A DNA stretch of 64,000 nucleotides from Octopus vulgaris (GCA_951406725.2 OX597819.1:106330001-106394000), one strand, 5' to 3'. Positions 39,440 to 52,794 are shown, numbered from the stretch's first letter. Notes: generated from the sequence alone by a model not told the origin. Translations and numbers: made by a program.

Positions 39440-39907
39440 ATATAGTGTACATTTAAACACATTAAGAAGTTTCCATCATAGGAATCCTTTACGCTAGAAA
39501 GAACAGCTAAAGTTCAAACCACTAATTAGGGATTAATTCTCAAAGGGAAAGAAAAATAAAAACATTTACTATCTCTTTCCTGGACCATGGTTTCTGACTT
39601 ATTCTAGTAAATAAAATAATTTACCATGGTGAAGTCTTCATCAGCAAGGATGCCAAGATTAAATATATAAGCACGAGGTCAATCCAGCAAGTGCCTCTTG
39701 CTTATATATTTTTATTTTTTTCAAATCCACCGCGCAAGCGCAGTCTATTTTGTCGGCAGCAAAAGAAAGACGCCGGTAATTTCTTCAAACGAATCTACCA
39801 GAAATCATTATACATAATTAATAATATCAGGGTAATAAAGATTTTAGAAATTTTTACTACCAGTAATAATTTCTAAAATCTTTATTACCCTGATAATATT
39901 AATTAAA

Positions 39908-39908
<1 letters not shown>
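39440..39908 (-). mobile_element. ~470 bp TA-flanked non-coding structured element: 5' palindrome, hairpin, hammerhead, T-rich 3' part
   Basis: (TA)n on both sides; 91-bp palindrome 39815-39905; 18-bp stem 39661-39711; hammerhead 39578-39650. Confidence 0.7.
39578..39650 (-). ncRNA. Type I hammerhead ribozyme with perfect core
   Basis: TCCTTG-CTGATGA-AGACTT(31 nt)AAGTCA-GAAA-CCATGG-TC-CAGGA; GUC triplet, predicted cut between 39583 and 39582. Confidence 0.75.
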
Positions 39909-39961
<53 letters not shown>

Positions 39962-40539
39962 AATGATGAGTCTGTCTGACACTGGAACACTTTATAGTGT
40001 GTTTCATTTTAATTTATTGTATGCTTTATCTTTCTTTACTCTTTGTATTTTATTTTTGTCACTTACTTCCTGTTTGTATCCTCAAGCTAGCAACTTTATC
40101 TAATCCTTGCCATTCCTCATTCCTCCTCAATGAATTTTAGATACGACTATCAACATGCTTTAATTAAGCTCAAGAGCGAAACGTCATTTGTGTAACGAGA
40201 AACCAAGTTATATCACCTAAAGACATACTTAAGCATTGTTTAGTTTCCCACTCACGAGCGAACGGTGCAGGAAGTTTCGAAACGATCGTTGTTATAAATA
40301 ACGTTTCCAGTATATTTTATCTTTCGGGTCCATTGTTTCTACTATATTCAATGTGTGCTGAGGAATTCCTAACGTAGATCCAGCGACAGTTGTGCAGTTA
40401 ATACGAATGATAGCAGATAGCCATAAGCAGTGAACCTGCTTTGCCGGCATGCTATCTAGGATTGGGATATAACGAAAGCGAAGGTAAAATTTTAAAAGGC
40501 GAGAAGCCAGACTATGGAGGAGTAATTAAAATGAAAAGA

Positions 40540-41960
40540 ATGAATTTACTTTAGACTTGAATGAATTCAAGTTATAAGAAGGAGAAAAATAATGAGATTG
40601 GAGAGAGTTCCAAAGATCGAGGAAAAGAGCTACTGCCAAAGAAAGATTTCCTTATTCGTGGAAGCACAACAGCTTTTGGTGAGTCTCGACTCAGACGACA
40701 AGGCGCAAAGTGATCTGGAACTATGAGACAAATTGCATCGGATCGCTTCCTGTGGCAATGACGATAGAAAAGACTAAGACTGGTGACGTCACTTTAATGT
40801 GGCAAGGGCTGCAGTGTTTAAATTAGAGAGGAACTAATCAAAGTAGAGACTCGCCTGTGAACCTGGTCGGGGAGATCCAAGTGACAAAATAGTGTACCTG
40901 CCCAAATATGACAACTGTACTCTATACAAGGATGAATTATGCACTTGCAAAGATAAAAAGTAGCCTCGGATGTGAGGGAGTGCTTTGGCATATACAATGA
41001 CCCAACATGCCGTAAGCAAACCTACCGATTGACAGCATATACGAACCCCAAAGAAAATCAGATGAGAAAGTAAGATCGAGCAATTTCAAAGAAGATTTTT
41101 TTCAACTTGTTAGACTGTGATACCCCAGACGAATAACTCATGTAAATGGGAGAAATATAGGGATCCTGCTTCCCATTGAAAGACATGAGTTTGGTCAGGC
41201 TTCAAAGTTCCGAGTCACTTATGGCCCCCTTACTTAACAGCCAGTAGATCTATTGCAAGTCTAGGAGCAAATTCCAACCGTTTCAAGGAAGGGGGTGGGG
41301 TTGCCAAGGAAACTAGATTAAAGAGTTTTAATCAACAGCATATAAATTGAAGTACTGAAAAACATTGGCAGGAAGATCGTTGGTGTAGAGGAGAAATAGG
41401 GTCGGACCGAGAATTGAACCCGGCATTGGTAGAGTACTCAGAAGAAGTAACACGTCCAGAATGACACATATGCAACGGCCAGAAAGGAACGACCTGGTAA
41501 TATCACAGACCTTTCAACATACACCAGATGCAGAGAGCTTATGTAGCAAACCAGCATTAGAAAACTTATCATAGGCTTTTGAACTATGAGCACGATGCTC
41601 GCCTGATGTATCTATTAATCAGTAGCAGAAGTGGAAGAGTAAAACGAGAGCCACGAATGCCATACATCAACATGGAGTCCCAATCTTTCAAGAAACTCAA
41701 CTGATCTTTTGCTAACAAGAAAGAGGAGAGGTACACAACGATATGTGTTTGGATTAGAAGGTTCAGCATCATTCTAAACAAGTCGGACAGCATTAGATTC
41801 CTTCGAACAAGATGGAAAACAAGATTTAGCAAAACAAAGATTAAATACCTTAGAGAGCAAAGAAGACAACCGAGGAACAGCTCGTTCCAAAACGACCGCA
41901 GGAATGTTGTTAGATCTAGATGCTTTAGACTGATCAAGACCAGAGATCACCTTAGCAACG
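40540..41960 (-). mobile_element. Decayed CR1/L2-group LINE RT and 3' region
   Basis: SKAYDKFSNAGLLHKLSASGVC*KVCDITRSFLSGR..GSILGPTLFLLYTNDL..IYAVD; many disruptions. Confidence 0.8.
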
Positions 41961-43784
41961 GAGTTATGACTACAGAATCAAGAACGTGTCAGACCAATAA
42001 ACATTTATTATTAATCTTTGTTGCGTTCGCACAATTGTGCTAATCTTGGCACTATAGTATGAATATATCGGTAAATAAACGTGATACTACCTCATCTCAG
42101 GAAATTTAGACAATAAATATCTAATACAGCTGAAATAAATTCAATTAATGTTGTAGTGGCTTCATTTTCCATACATTAAATATTTTGAAAATTAAATTCC
42201 GTAATTAAAACATTTAATTGTTCTAATTATAATTTAAGTTTGTGTTTGTTTTACACATTTTTAATAAAGTTTACTTAATTAGGATCCTGGAGTGGTGTTT
42301 TAAGAGATTTAGAAATGTATTTATTATAAGAAATAAAAATACAAATGGTAATTGATTTTTGTATTGTGTATATAATTAATGGTTTACTTGTTTGCTTTTG
42401 TAAATATTTAGTCTCTAAAATTATTAAATAACTAATCTTACATAGTCGTACATATTCACTTGCTTCTCAAAGAAAGTGCAAAAGCCAAAACTTTGACAAC
42501 TAATTTTTAAGGCTCTTTCACAGCCTTGTGTTTTCGGTATCGATATTAACGTGTGTAACTTTATGTGTGCATCTTCTGCAGAAGCCTTATAGCTGCCGTT
42601 ACGCTGTGACTGAAATTTACTTGATCGAAACCATGCAGAAGTCCCTTTTAAGCATACATACATGGTGGCTGCCCCCTCGTTATTGAGAATGGCCATTGCA
42701 CGAAGCTTAATCAATGTTGTTATTGTGCAATGCCTGTGCAAGAAGATTTTTTTTTAAAGTGAGGAGAGGCTGTGCACTGAGTCAATCCCACTCACAAAGC
42801 AACAGCAGCCATAATCCGAAAAGAAGAACAAGTCAACATCATCGGTAACCACTGAGCGGCTGGTTTTATATCGGAGTTATCCCAGTTACCTGAGTTACCT
42901 TCTCCTAGAAAGATGCCCTAACAAAGGCTAGGAGTCCTTCACTCCCAATGGTTTAACCGCGCGATCGGGTATTCAGTCCGATTATTTCTATGTCCCCGCG
43001 CATGATACATCCTAAAGACATTTATTGGATGGCCGTTGACACTCAAGAGTTCCTCCGCCCTTTGACATACATACATACATACATACATACATAGTGGTGG
43101 TTGTCTACTCCTTATGGAGAGTTTGACCACATCTTGTACCTACACCTTAGCAGCATCATGAAATCTGATGTGGCTTTTTAAACTAGACAATGTTCTGAAA
43201 AAGACACCCACATAGATTGCACCTCCGATTTAGACCATCAAGAGCTGCAGATAACTTCTGCTCTTTGCGGATACACACACACACACATACACACACATAC
43301 ACGCACACACACACACATATATATATCGTAAACGACATCTTTTACCATCACCACCATCACCACCATCACCACAACGACGACAGCGTCACGTTTTTTATAT
43401 ATGTTCGCGCGTTCGTTACGTGAGTTAGGTCGAAGACCGACCAGTATATGTGTGTGACGACTGACACACATACACAAATTTAAAAACGTAGATCGACACG
43501 CACAGGGACAGAGATAGGCTTCAGTTGTCCCTTAATGTATACCCGTGTTTGTGTGTATGTGACTTCCCCCACTCACACAACATTGAAACGCGCTGATATT
43601 GAAAGTTACAACGACTAGGTTTCACGAGAAAGTGAAAATAGTTTCACATATTCAATTTTAACCAAAATTACAGTGTTTGATTACAAGACTGACGATGTAT
43701 GAATAATGAAAGTAATGTTTCACCGAATTAGTCACATCTATAGAGAAAGTTGCTTAGGTGATCTTTCGTTTTGACTTGCACAGC

Positions 43785-44270
43785 TGTCTGTCATCTGCGT
43801 TCGTTAATTTCCGTAAAATAATTTTTTTATCTACTTTTGTTTTAAAGTGAAAGTGAAGAGAAAATGTATATGAAATGGACGTGTGTGAGAGAGGGAGAGA
43901 AAGGAAGAGAGGAAGAGAGAAAGGGAGAAAGAGGGGAAGGGAGAGAGAGAGAGAAAGAAAGGGAGTGACTGAAGGGGTGTGTTGTCATGTATACGTACAT
44001 ACATAAATATATATGCATACATCTTTTTGTATATACTTGTACGTGCGTATGTGAGAGAGAGAGAGAGTGAGTGAACGTGTGTGTTCTTATGTATGTGTAA
44101 ATGGAACTTATTCTCTCTCTCTCACGCATACACACACACACGCACACACACGTCCATTTTATATATACGTTAATGCATTTCCCCTTTCTACTCTCATTTT
44201 AAAACAAAAGTAAATATATAAAAATCTTTTCCGGAAATTAACGAACAAAACTGCCTATCCGGATGACAGT
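43785..44270. repeat. Imperfect inverted repeat (~110 bp arms) around GA/CA tracts; third arm at ~44845-45015
   Basis: GTTCGTTAATTTCC..AAATGGACGTGTGTG versus CACACGTCCATTT..GGAAATTAACGAAC. Confidence 0.7.
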
Positions 44271-45369
44271 TTGTTGAGAGTTTTAATGAAACATAGCCAC
44301 AGCTTATTATCTATCTACCAAATAAACAATGTTTTTCACTCAACAACTCCTGTTAGCAATTAAAATAACCTAGGCAACCAAGCAGGTCACACAATTTTGA
44401 GGTCATTTTCGGACAATATTTTCATTTGTTTCTAATATTTCTCTTTCGCCTGATGTTTCCAAGCATTTATGAAAATGTACACAACCAAAATATTGCATTA
44501 AAAGACAACCTTTTCTCTATATATCATGAAGAAATACAATCTCTCTCTATCTCTCCCACGCATAAAAATGATGTATGCATATGTATTTACAGAAGGTAAA
44601 TAATACGCACACCCGGTGTTTAGGGTTAGATTTGCGCCGTCTAAATATGTATGTTTATATGAAAGATTTGTGTGTATGTGTGTGAAAAAGAGAGAGAGCG
44701 AGTTAGTGACACTTACACATACATGCAAAAACATTCAAACATCACAACACGCACCTTCACTCACTCACTCACTCACTCACTCACCCACTCACTCACTCAA
44801 TCACTCATTCACTCACTCACTCACTCTCTCACTCTCTCTCTTTCTCACACACACGTCCATTTCATATACATGTATATCATTCACTTTATCCTCTCGCTTA
44901 CTTTCTCCTCTCACTTCAAAGCAAATGTCGCTTTTTCTCTTCATCCTCTCTTTCAATTTCTGCTCTCTTCAAAGCATAAAGAAATTAAAAGAATTTCATG
45001 GAAATTAACGAACAATCATATGATCCCATATATGTCGAGTTGACAACTTTGCTTCTTCAAATGAAAGAATACCATAAAATAACTTCCTTTGACACACACA
45101 CACACGCTCACACACATGTTATTTTGAAAATGAATTCAAAATACTTTACAATTTTCACAATTAAATAAGGTCACGCATAAACCTAAGCCTATATATCAAA
45201 ATAACGATTCTTATATGAGTAGCATGGTTTCCTTCAATTACAAGTCGCCTATGTGTATGAGTCTGTATCAGTGAGCAGCTGTATCTGCATTCACGGTTCA
45301 TTATTATCAGATATCATCTGCTCTCTGCACAATTAAATACCATGGATCACCATCTCAGTCTACCGTATT

Positions 45370-46010
45370 CCGACCTCATTCGTCTAGCTTATTTCAGTTC
45401 TGTCCCGTTCCTGATGTTATCCATCCCCATATTGGTTTTTTTCCCCTTCTTCCTCTTTTTCCAATCATTTTGCTTTCTGTTACCAGTCTCTGGAAACCAT
45501 TTTTACTAATTAAGTGTCCAAAGTATTCCAGTTATGACTTTGATGTTGTCTAATAATATCTTCCCAGTTTTTGCTATTTTTCGTATTCTATCATTTCTTT
45601 TGTGTCTTGACCATTGTATTCTGAAAAGTCTTCTTTCTTCCCATATCTCAAAGACTTGTAATCTATTGTGTTGTATTTTTGTTAATGTCCATTTTTCAGT
45701 CAACATAATATATAGTTCATACATAGCATTTTTCAGGTTTCGATATTAATGTTTCTTGAGGTTAACATGATGATATTAATGTTTCTTTATATTGGGATAT
45801 TTGTCATTTTTTCAATTTACTTTCAAGCTATCTCAGTTCTTCCTTTTGATTTCTCTTGCATATTCCCCATTTTCTGATTGCATATGTCCCAAGAAAATTA
45901 TTTATTTGTGCCTATTCTGCTACTGCGTATCCATCAATTCTAATATATACTTTTAATGTCTCTTGTTTCTTGGTGATTTTTATTGATTCTGATTTCTTTC
46001 GTTTAGACAG
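45370..46010 (-). mobile_element. RTE-clade LINE 3' remnant
   Basis: EKWTLTKIQHNRLQVFEIWEERRLFRIQWSRHKRND..LEYFGHL..GKRGRRG. Confidence 0.8.
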
Positions 46011-46239
46011 TTAATGTTACTGCGTGTCTAATCTTCCCTATTTATGTACATTAATTAGTGTTTCGGAAAATAGAACACGGTAAAATAGTACCGGGCTGAA
46101 ATGAGTATTGCTGTCGAAACAAATTAAAGAAAGCACCGTGTAAACATGTAACTACTTAGCATGTTTTCTGTATGAAAATACATATTCTCTATCTTCAATT
46201 CGTTTTTCGTGTCTATGCTCTCCCATCGTCATGAATCTT

Positions 46240-46660
46240 GGGTAATAACTGTGAGAGGACGATCGCGAATACAAGCAACTGGAATGAGGTTACTCCGATG
46301 ATCTCTAACTTAATATTACTGAAAAGGATGCTCATATCGGAGATTAGTTGTCGAGGTCGGAGGTCCAGGTTGAGCCGTTACTTTTTTGCATTGAAAGTTC
46401 AAAACACCGTTACTGCAGAACTGTGATTACAATGCCACCTGAAAGAGTCAAAAGACAAATTCTTCAAGACAACCGGCAGAACAACTATGAGTAGAACAAG
46501 AAAATGATGGTTTGATAATATCCATATTCTCAGTTAGTCATCCTTGGAAATCCAGCCAGAAGAAGTTTAATGTCGGTTGTTTCTGATAGGAAATCTTAGG
46601 ACTTTATCACCAACGTCCATCCAGGAATAGTGGGGAAAGAAGATGGATGGATGAATGAAA
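46240..46660 (+). mobile_element. Rex3/Expander-like RTE 3' end with (GATG)n tail
   Basis: VQVEPLLFCIESSK..MPPERVKRQIL..WFDNI..LEIQPEE; ends GAAGATGGATGGATGAATG. Confidence 0.65.
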
Positions 46661-47229
46661 TACATATACTTATATTTACCCATAAACAAACAAAGACACG
46701 TACAGAAAGCCACTGCCGCCAAGGCTCTACGAATCAGGTTCTAAGGAAACAGTGAAACGGGTTCATTATCATATATATTGTACGTATAAAGAAAATTTCT
46801 TTAGAATCCGCATACTTTTATCAGGAGGGTGTACTGATATGGTATTACGTAATTCAGCATAAGAGATAACTGTGTATGTGCGAAGATTTGCGTCAGCATC
46901 TCGTGTGTAAATTGAAGCATTACACTATAAGAAATTAAATACCCACGGAAACGTCTCCTTGTGCAAAAGATGTTATAATTTGATAATTCTTTTATAACTC
47001 GGGTAAGATACAGATCAAAAGACAAGAACGATGAAACTAACTGTTTTTTTTTCTTTCTGTTTATGGATGTCTTACACGAAATATAACGAATTATCAAATT
47101 ATACGTTTTCTTCCATTGCAGAAAGCTTTACGACAAATTTTAGTTTCTTATATGTTCATGTACGCATATGCATGCATATACACACACATACACACGCGGG
47201 CATATACGTTCACACACACACACACACAC

Positions 47230-47268
<39 letters not shown>

Positions 47269-47372
47269 CTGACAGAGAGACACATACACACAACACGCAC
47301 ACACACATATACGGATAAACGTATTAATCTGAATAATTGTATATACAATTTACAAGAAATAGATATGAATAT

Positions 47373-47411
<39 letters not shown>

Positions 47412-47479
47412 CAAACGCACATATATATATACATACGTACATACATACATAAAACATATATATATATATATACATATAT

Positions 47480-47557
<78 letters not shown>

Positions 47558-48719
47558 AATACATAATTACACAACATATTTTTAAAATTGGCAAAATTTA
47601 ATTATATATCATGTACTGCCAGTTTCATTTAGATAATAGTTCTACAATACTGTCATCGTTTTTTTCACAACCAAAACCAATGTTAATACTAAGTGAAATG
47701 AGACTGTAGGGCGCAGTGTTTTTGTTACTGGCAATGGCTTTTCTGGTATCATTACTTATTGGCATTGGACAGAAACACACTCGCAGACTCGTACAGAAAT
47801 ACATACGTAAATAGACATACACACACATACACACAGACACACACACATATATATACACATACATGGAGGCAGACAGACAGAAGCTGATAGCTAGAGATGT
47901 ATACATGTCTAAAGACTTTTAAACTGAAAACCATTGCTAGAAACACTTACTCTCTCGTAGCACACCTTAAGAAAAATATGCTCACAAAATAAACAGAGTG
48001 GGTGAAAGAAAGGGAGAGAAAATGAGAGATAAATATATAGATAGATAAAGAGAGAGAGAGAGAGAGGGGGGTGGAGGGGAAAGAGAGAGAAAGAGAGCGA
48101 GCAAATGAAAGACTGAAAGGATGACAGAAACATCATAACCCAGATTGCAACAACCACAATCACATAAAGAAAGATCACACGCATAAACAGTGTGTATGTG
48201 TGTATGTGAGAGAGACGAGAAGAAGAGGCAGAAAGAAAGAGAGAAAGAGAGAGATATAGAAAGAGAGAAATTGTGTGTGAAAGGGAGAGTGTGTGAAAGA
48301 GAGAGACGTGTTTGTAGCAAGGTGTGGGAGATTTAATGCATCTCAGTATTTCTGTGTCTCTTTCTCCCTCTCCGATTTTTCCGCTGACAATGCCAAATTT
48401 AACTTCCCTGTCAGCTCTACTTTGTCAAAAATCTACGGAAATTCATAGCGAGAAAAAATTTTCTTTCAGACATTTTGTCAATAATTTACCAACATAAAAG
48501 TGAGACAGAAAGTTAAACGAAGTTTAGTAGTCGAGTAGTTTAGTAGTTGCAACTAGAATAAAAACCGACTTTTCACCGTGTTGAAAGGTCCTGGAAACAA
48601 AACATCTCATGTTAAAAATGTCACCATCGAATCCACGGCGCGAAATGGGAGGTTGTTTTAAGATCAGTGGTTGTATATATCGCGTTGATGATTTTTAAAC
48701 TATCTACTATATTTTGTGT

Positions 48720-49230
48720 GCAGGCGCGTGGCTTAGTGGTTAGGGTGTCAGAACTATGATCGTAAGATTGTGGTTTCGATTCCTGGACCGGCAGACGCGT
48801 TGTGTTTCTGAGCAAAGATACTTCATTTCATGTTGCTGCAGTCCACTCAGCTGGCAAAAATGAGTAACGCTGCAATGGAGTGGCGTCCCGTCCAGCTGGG
48901 GGAACACATAGGCCATAAAAACCGGGAAACCGGGCCCTTGAGCCTGGCTAGGCTTTAAAAGGGTACAGTGGAGGCGCGTGGCTTAGTGGTTAGGGTGTCA
49001 GCATCATGATCGTAAGGTTGTGGTTTCGATTCCTGGACCGGGAGACGCGTTATGTTCCTGAGCAAAAATACTTCATTTCATGTTGCTGCAGTCCACTCAG
49101 CTGGCAAAAATGAGTAACGCTGCGATGGACTGGCGTCCCGTCCAGCTGGGGAACACATACGCTATTGAAACCGGGAAACCGGGCCCATGAGCCTGGCTAG
49201 GCTTTAAAAGGGCGCATTTATTTATTTTAT
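48720..49230 (+). mobile_element. Tandem dimer of a young tRNA SINE (CORE-like centre, tail type 3) with 15-bp TSD
   Basis: Two ~250 bp near-identical units; A box TGGCTTAGTGG, B box GTTTCGATTCC; TACTATATTTTGTGT at 48705-48719 and 49231-49245. Confidence 0.93.
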
Positions 49231-49497
49231 TACTATATTTTGTGTCACAGTATAGAATCCACTTTTTGTAGTGAATAATTGTAATCACGGTAAAATTGAG
49301 CGAGCATGTTCAACCATATTTCCGCATATATAAGGTGCACATATAACTTGTAGCGTTTGTATAAATAATGCCTATATTGTGTTGCAATTTTCCCTGAATT
49401 TATCTATACGCCCTACATATTTGCAAATGCATAGGTACAGGCGGCCACTATCAACTTACATGTTTACTCACACACTCACATGTTTACTCACACTGAA

Positions 49498-49780
49498 ATT
49501 GTTCCTTCTCAAGCCATGCCTGGCTCATAAGGGCCAGTTTCCCGGTTTCCTTGGCGTATAGGTTCTTCACCTGGACGGGACGCCAGTCCGTCGCAGGTGA
49601 AGAGTGAGAGAAAGTTGTGGCGAAAGATTCAGCAGAAGTTCGCGATTACCTTCTGCCGGAGTCGCGTGGATCTTAGGTGTTTCGCTCATAAACACACACA
49701 TCGCTTGGTCTGATATTCGAACCAGCAATCCCTCGACCTCGAGTCCGCTGCTCTAACCACTACGCCATGAGCCTCCACAC
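49498..49780 (-). mobile_element. tRNA SINE with a different centre and a tail related to type 3
   Basis: Minus strand TGGCGTAGTGG..GGTTCGAATA..GAGCGAAACACCTAAG..GGACTGGCGTCCCGTCCAG..GAAACCGGGAAAC. Confidence 0.85.
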
Positions 49781-50494
49781 ATGCTGAAATATATACACAT
49801 AAGTGTAGTCCTATGTCATTTGATCGTGCATGCACTTATATATACGCAGATATACATACGCATACGCAGATATACACCAATACACGTTAGTATGGAACTA
49901 TGTATGAGCATTCAGGTATGCTTGTTTGTAGAGAAACCTATATGCTAAAATATAATTCCATTCCCAATGCTACATACATGAAAAATATGTACCTACGGGC
50001 ATACATGTGTACATTTGGGGTGCTCACACGCATGTCTGCTAACCGCTTTTAAATATAACCCAAAATCGACGGCTGGGCGTAGCTTTCCACATGTGCACCG
50101 GCATATGTGGATATTCATTCGATCTTTTTGAGTCAAGCAAACATTAAATGGGAAGATGTTGTGATGGCAAAGAAGGTGAAGAAAATGGTAAAAAAATTTG
50201 GTAGAGGAGTTGTTTTGTAAGAGTAGATGAACATAGGCAACTTTTGGATTGCAGATGGAGGAGATAGGGGGTTTAACAGAATCCTTAAAGATCTATAAAT
50301 GATGGTGAACAAGTGTCCCATTATTTTAGGGTGATATATAGTGTTGAATTGGTTCGAGTGGTATAATGCAATCCCTGGTCAACTGGAGATGTTGAGGATG
50401 ATTGAGATGGAAGTGGGTTTCATCTTCGACGTAAAAGTGTTTTTAAAGTGTTTCCATTTTGTAATGATTTCAAATATGGTATCTAAATATATAT

Positions 50495-50910
50495 TCTTTT
50501 CTACTCTATGCACAAAGCGCGAAATTTTGGAGGAGGGAGCCAGTCCATTAGATTGACCCAGTGCGCAACTGGTACTTAACTTATCGACCCCGAAAGGATG
50601 ACAGGCAAAGTCGACCTCGGTGGAATTTGAACTCAGAACGTAGAGACAGATGAAATGCCTATTTTTTATTGCCCACAAGGGGCTAAACATAGAGGGAACA
50701 AACAAGGACAGACAAAGGGATTAAGCCGATTATATCGACCCCGGTGCGTAACTGGTACATTATTTATCGACTGCGAAAGGATGAAAGTCAAAGTCGATCT
50801 CGGCGGAATTTGAACTCAGAACGTAACGGCAGACGAAATACCACAAAGCATTTCACCTGACTTGCTAACGTTTCTGCCTGTTCCCCGCCTTTGTCAGCTC
50901 GCCGCCTTGT
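50495..50910 (-). mobile_element. SINE dimer, same family as 18676-19274
   Basis: Two copies of AACTGGTAC..CGAAAGGATGA..GAACTCAGAACGTA with one head. Confidence 0.9.
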
Positions 50911-52045
50911 ATCCAAATATATATTATGGTTTAACCCATATTTCTGTATTCTCCGCATTTCTTCTCACCTTTCTGGTTTCTCGAATTTCTCCACCCTCCA
51001 CTAATTTCTCAATCATTTTCGTCTGTATTTGATGTATTTGGCTCCAGAGGATGAAGGCGTGCAAATTTATATATGGAGCCCCATTTGCACTTTTTTTAAA
51101 GAGTAGTATCTGTTCCTGTGTATTCATCTCTCAAAGATCGACGTACTTACGCGTAATAAACCAACCCACAAACACGTAACAATGGGAACAACATTGATTA
51201 TATACTTGCACTTTATTCTGTAACTAACTCAACACACATGCATGTGTATGCGCATACAAACGCACATAAATGTGTACATATGTATATCCGTATATGTACA
51301 AGTATGTGAAGGTGTGCCTGTGTGTGAGTGCATGTGTATATGTGATTGTACATACTTGTAAATGTAAAGGGGTATGCATGATTGTCTGCATGTGCACGTA
51401 CGTCTAATGCGACTATGCATGTGAATGAAAATATATTATGTTTGAGTGCACGTGAATATTTATTGCTACCACACATACGTGTACATAATTATGCATATAA
51501 AAGACGTATCCATAAAGGAGGGAAAATTGCAACATAGAATATGTTCCATTTGTGCAAATGTTGTAACTTACTATGTAGCCTTATGTGAAGGGAAATGGAC
51601 GTTGTAATGTAGCTGAACACGTTCGCTCTGTCCGATCATAAGTATTATTATTCACTAGGGAAATGGCTTCCATACTTTGAGACTATAGTAGATAAATTCA
51701 AAGTCACTCGGCGAGGCTACAGTTTATTCTAAGAATATTAGACTGACGGCAGCCGAACTATATGAACATCGGTTGCCGTTATAAATAACGATGATAGTTC
51801 TGAATAACAGTTATTATATGACACTGGAATACTGGAAGTATATTATAAATAGAGAAATTGCATGCATTTTTCCTACACTCCACCACGTCGCATCTGCATA
51901 CCTATATATAACCATACAAATACATGACAATCTACATAATTACATACATGTATATATATATATATATCGTTTGTGCATTTACGATACATTTTTTCACTTA
52001 TTTATAAACGGAACGCCACACACCCTGGTTTTTATTAACAGTAAA

Positions 52046-52088
<43 letters not shown>

Positions 52089-52794
52089 AGCGACTTCTAT
52101 TTCTAGGCTTTCTTCTTTCGCCTTTTCTTCTCTCTCCGTCTCTTCTTCTCTCTCTCTCCCTCTCTCTTTCTCTTTCTCTTGCCCACGTCCTCCTCTGCTC
52201 TCTCTATCCCCATCTGCTTGCTGCTGATACGTGATCTGCGGTCATACCTTTTTTCTTTCTCTGTGCACCTTTTTTTACAGCGATCGCTAAGGTGACTGGT
52301 CGTAAATTGTTTAGTCTCTTCTTCACACTGTCTCGCTGTTTGTTGCTCTTCAGTTTCCAATCCATTATGATTTCCCTCTAACCGTTACACTTATGTGGCC
52401 TTAAGGCTGCATTCTGTTTCTTTTTTTCTTATTTATTTCCTCTTTGTCCTTCGTCCATTCTCTTACATTTATTCATTTTTGCATGTCTACTTCTGCATAG
52501 TTCGTTATTCATGTATTGTTTGTTTCTTCTCACTCCAATACTCTACGTGACTCTTGTGGATGCCTCCAGCTGGGAAGTAATCTTATCGTTAAAGGCACGA
52601 ATTTGCGTCATTACCCCTCGGTCGATTATTGATGAGGAATAAGGGACTGTTCGTGTCTGTTGGTTTTCCGTTCGCCTCTGCCTTTAACATATGTCTTCCG
52701 TTCATTTGATGCATTTAATATATGTTTTTTTTTTTTTAAACTTCCCATTCTGTGTCTCTTTTCGTTTCTGTATATTTACTATACATTCTTTCAC

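Noticed and set aside
42860-43065. Possible RTE 5' UTR fragment
   Set aside because: Recognition from memory of a short motif only; no coding support.
48720-48800. tRNA genes at SINE heads (also ~49700-49780, 58686-58760)
   Set aside because: A/B boxes are present but run directly into SINE bodies; no complete cloverleaf was evident.
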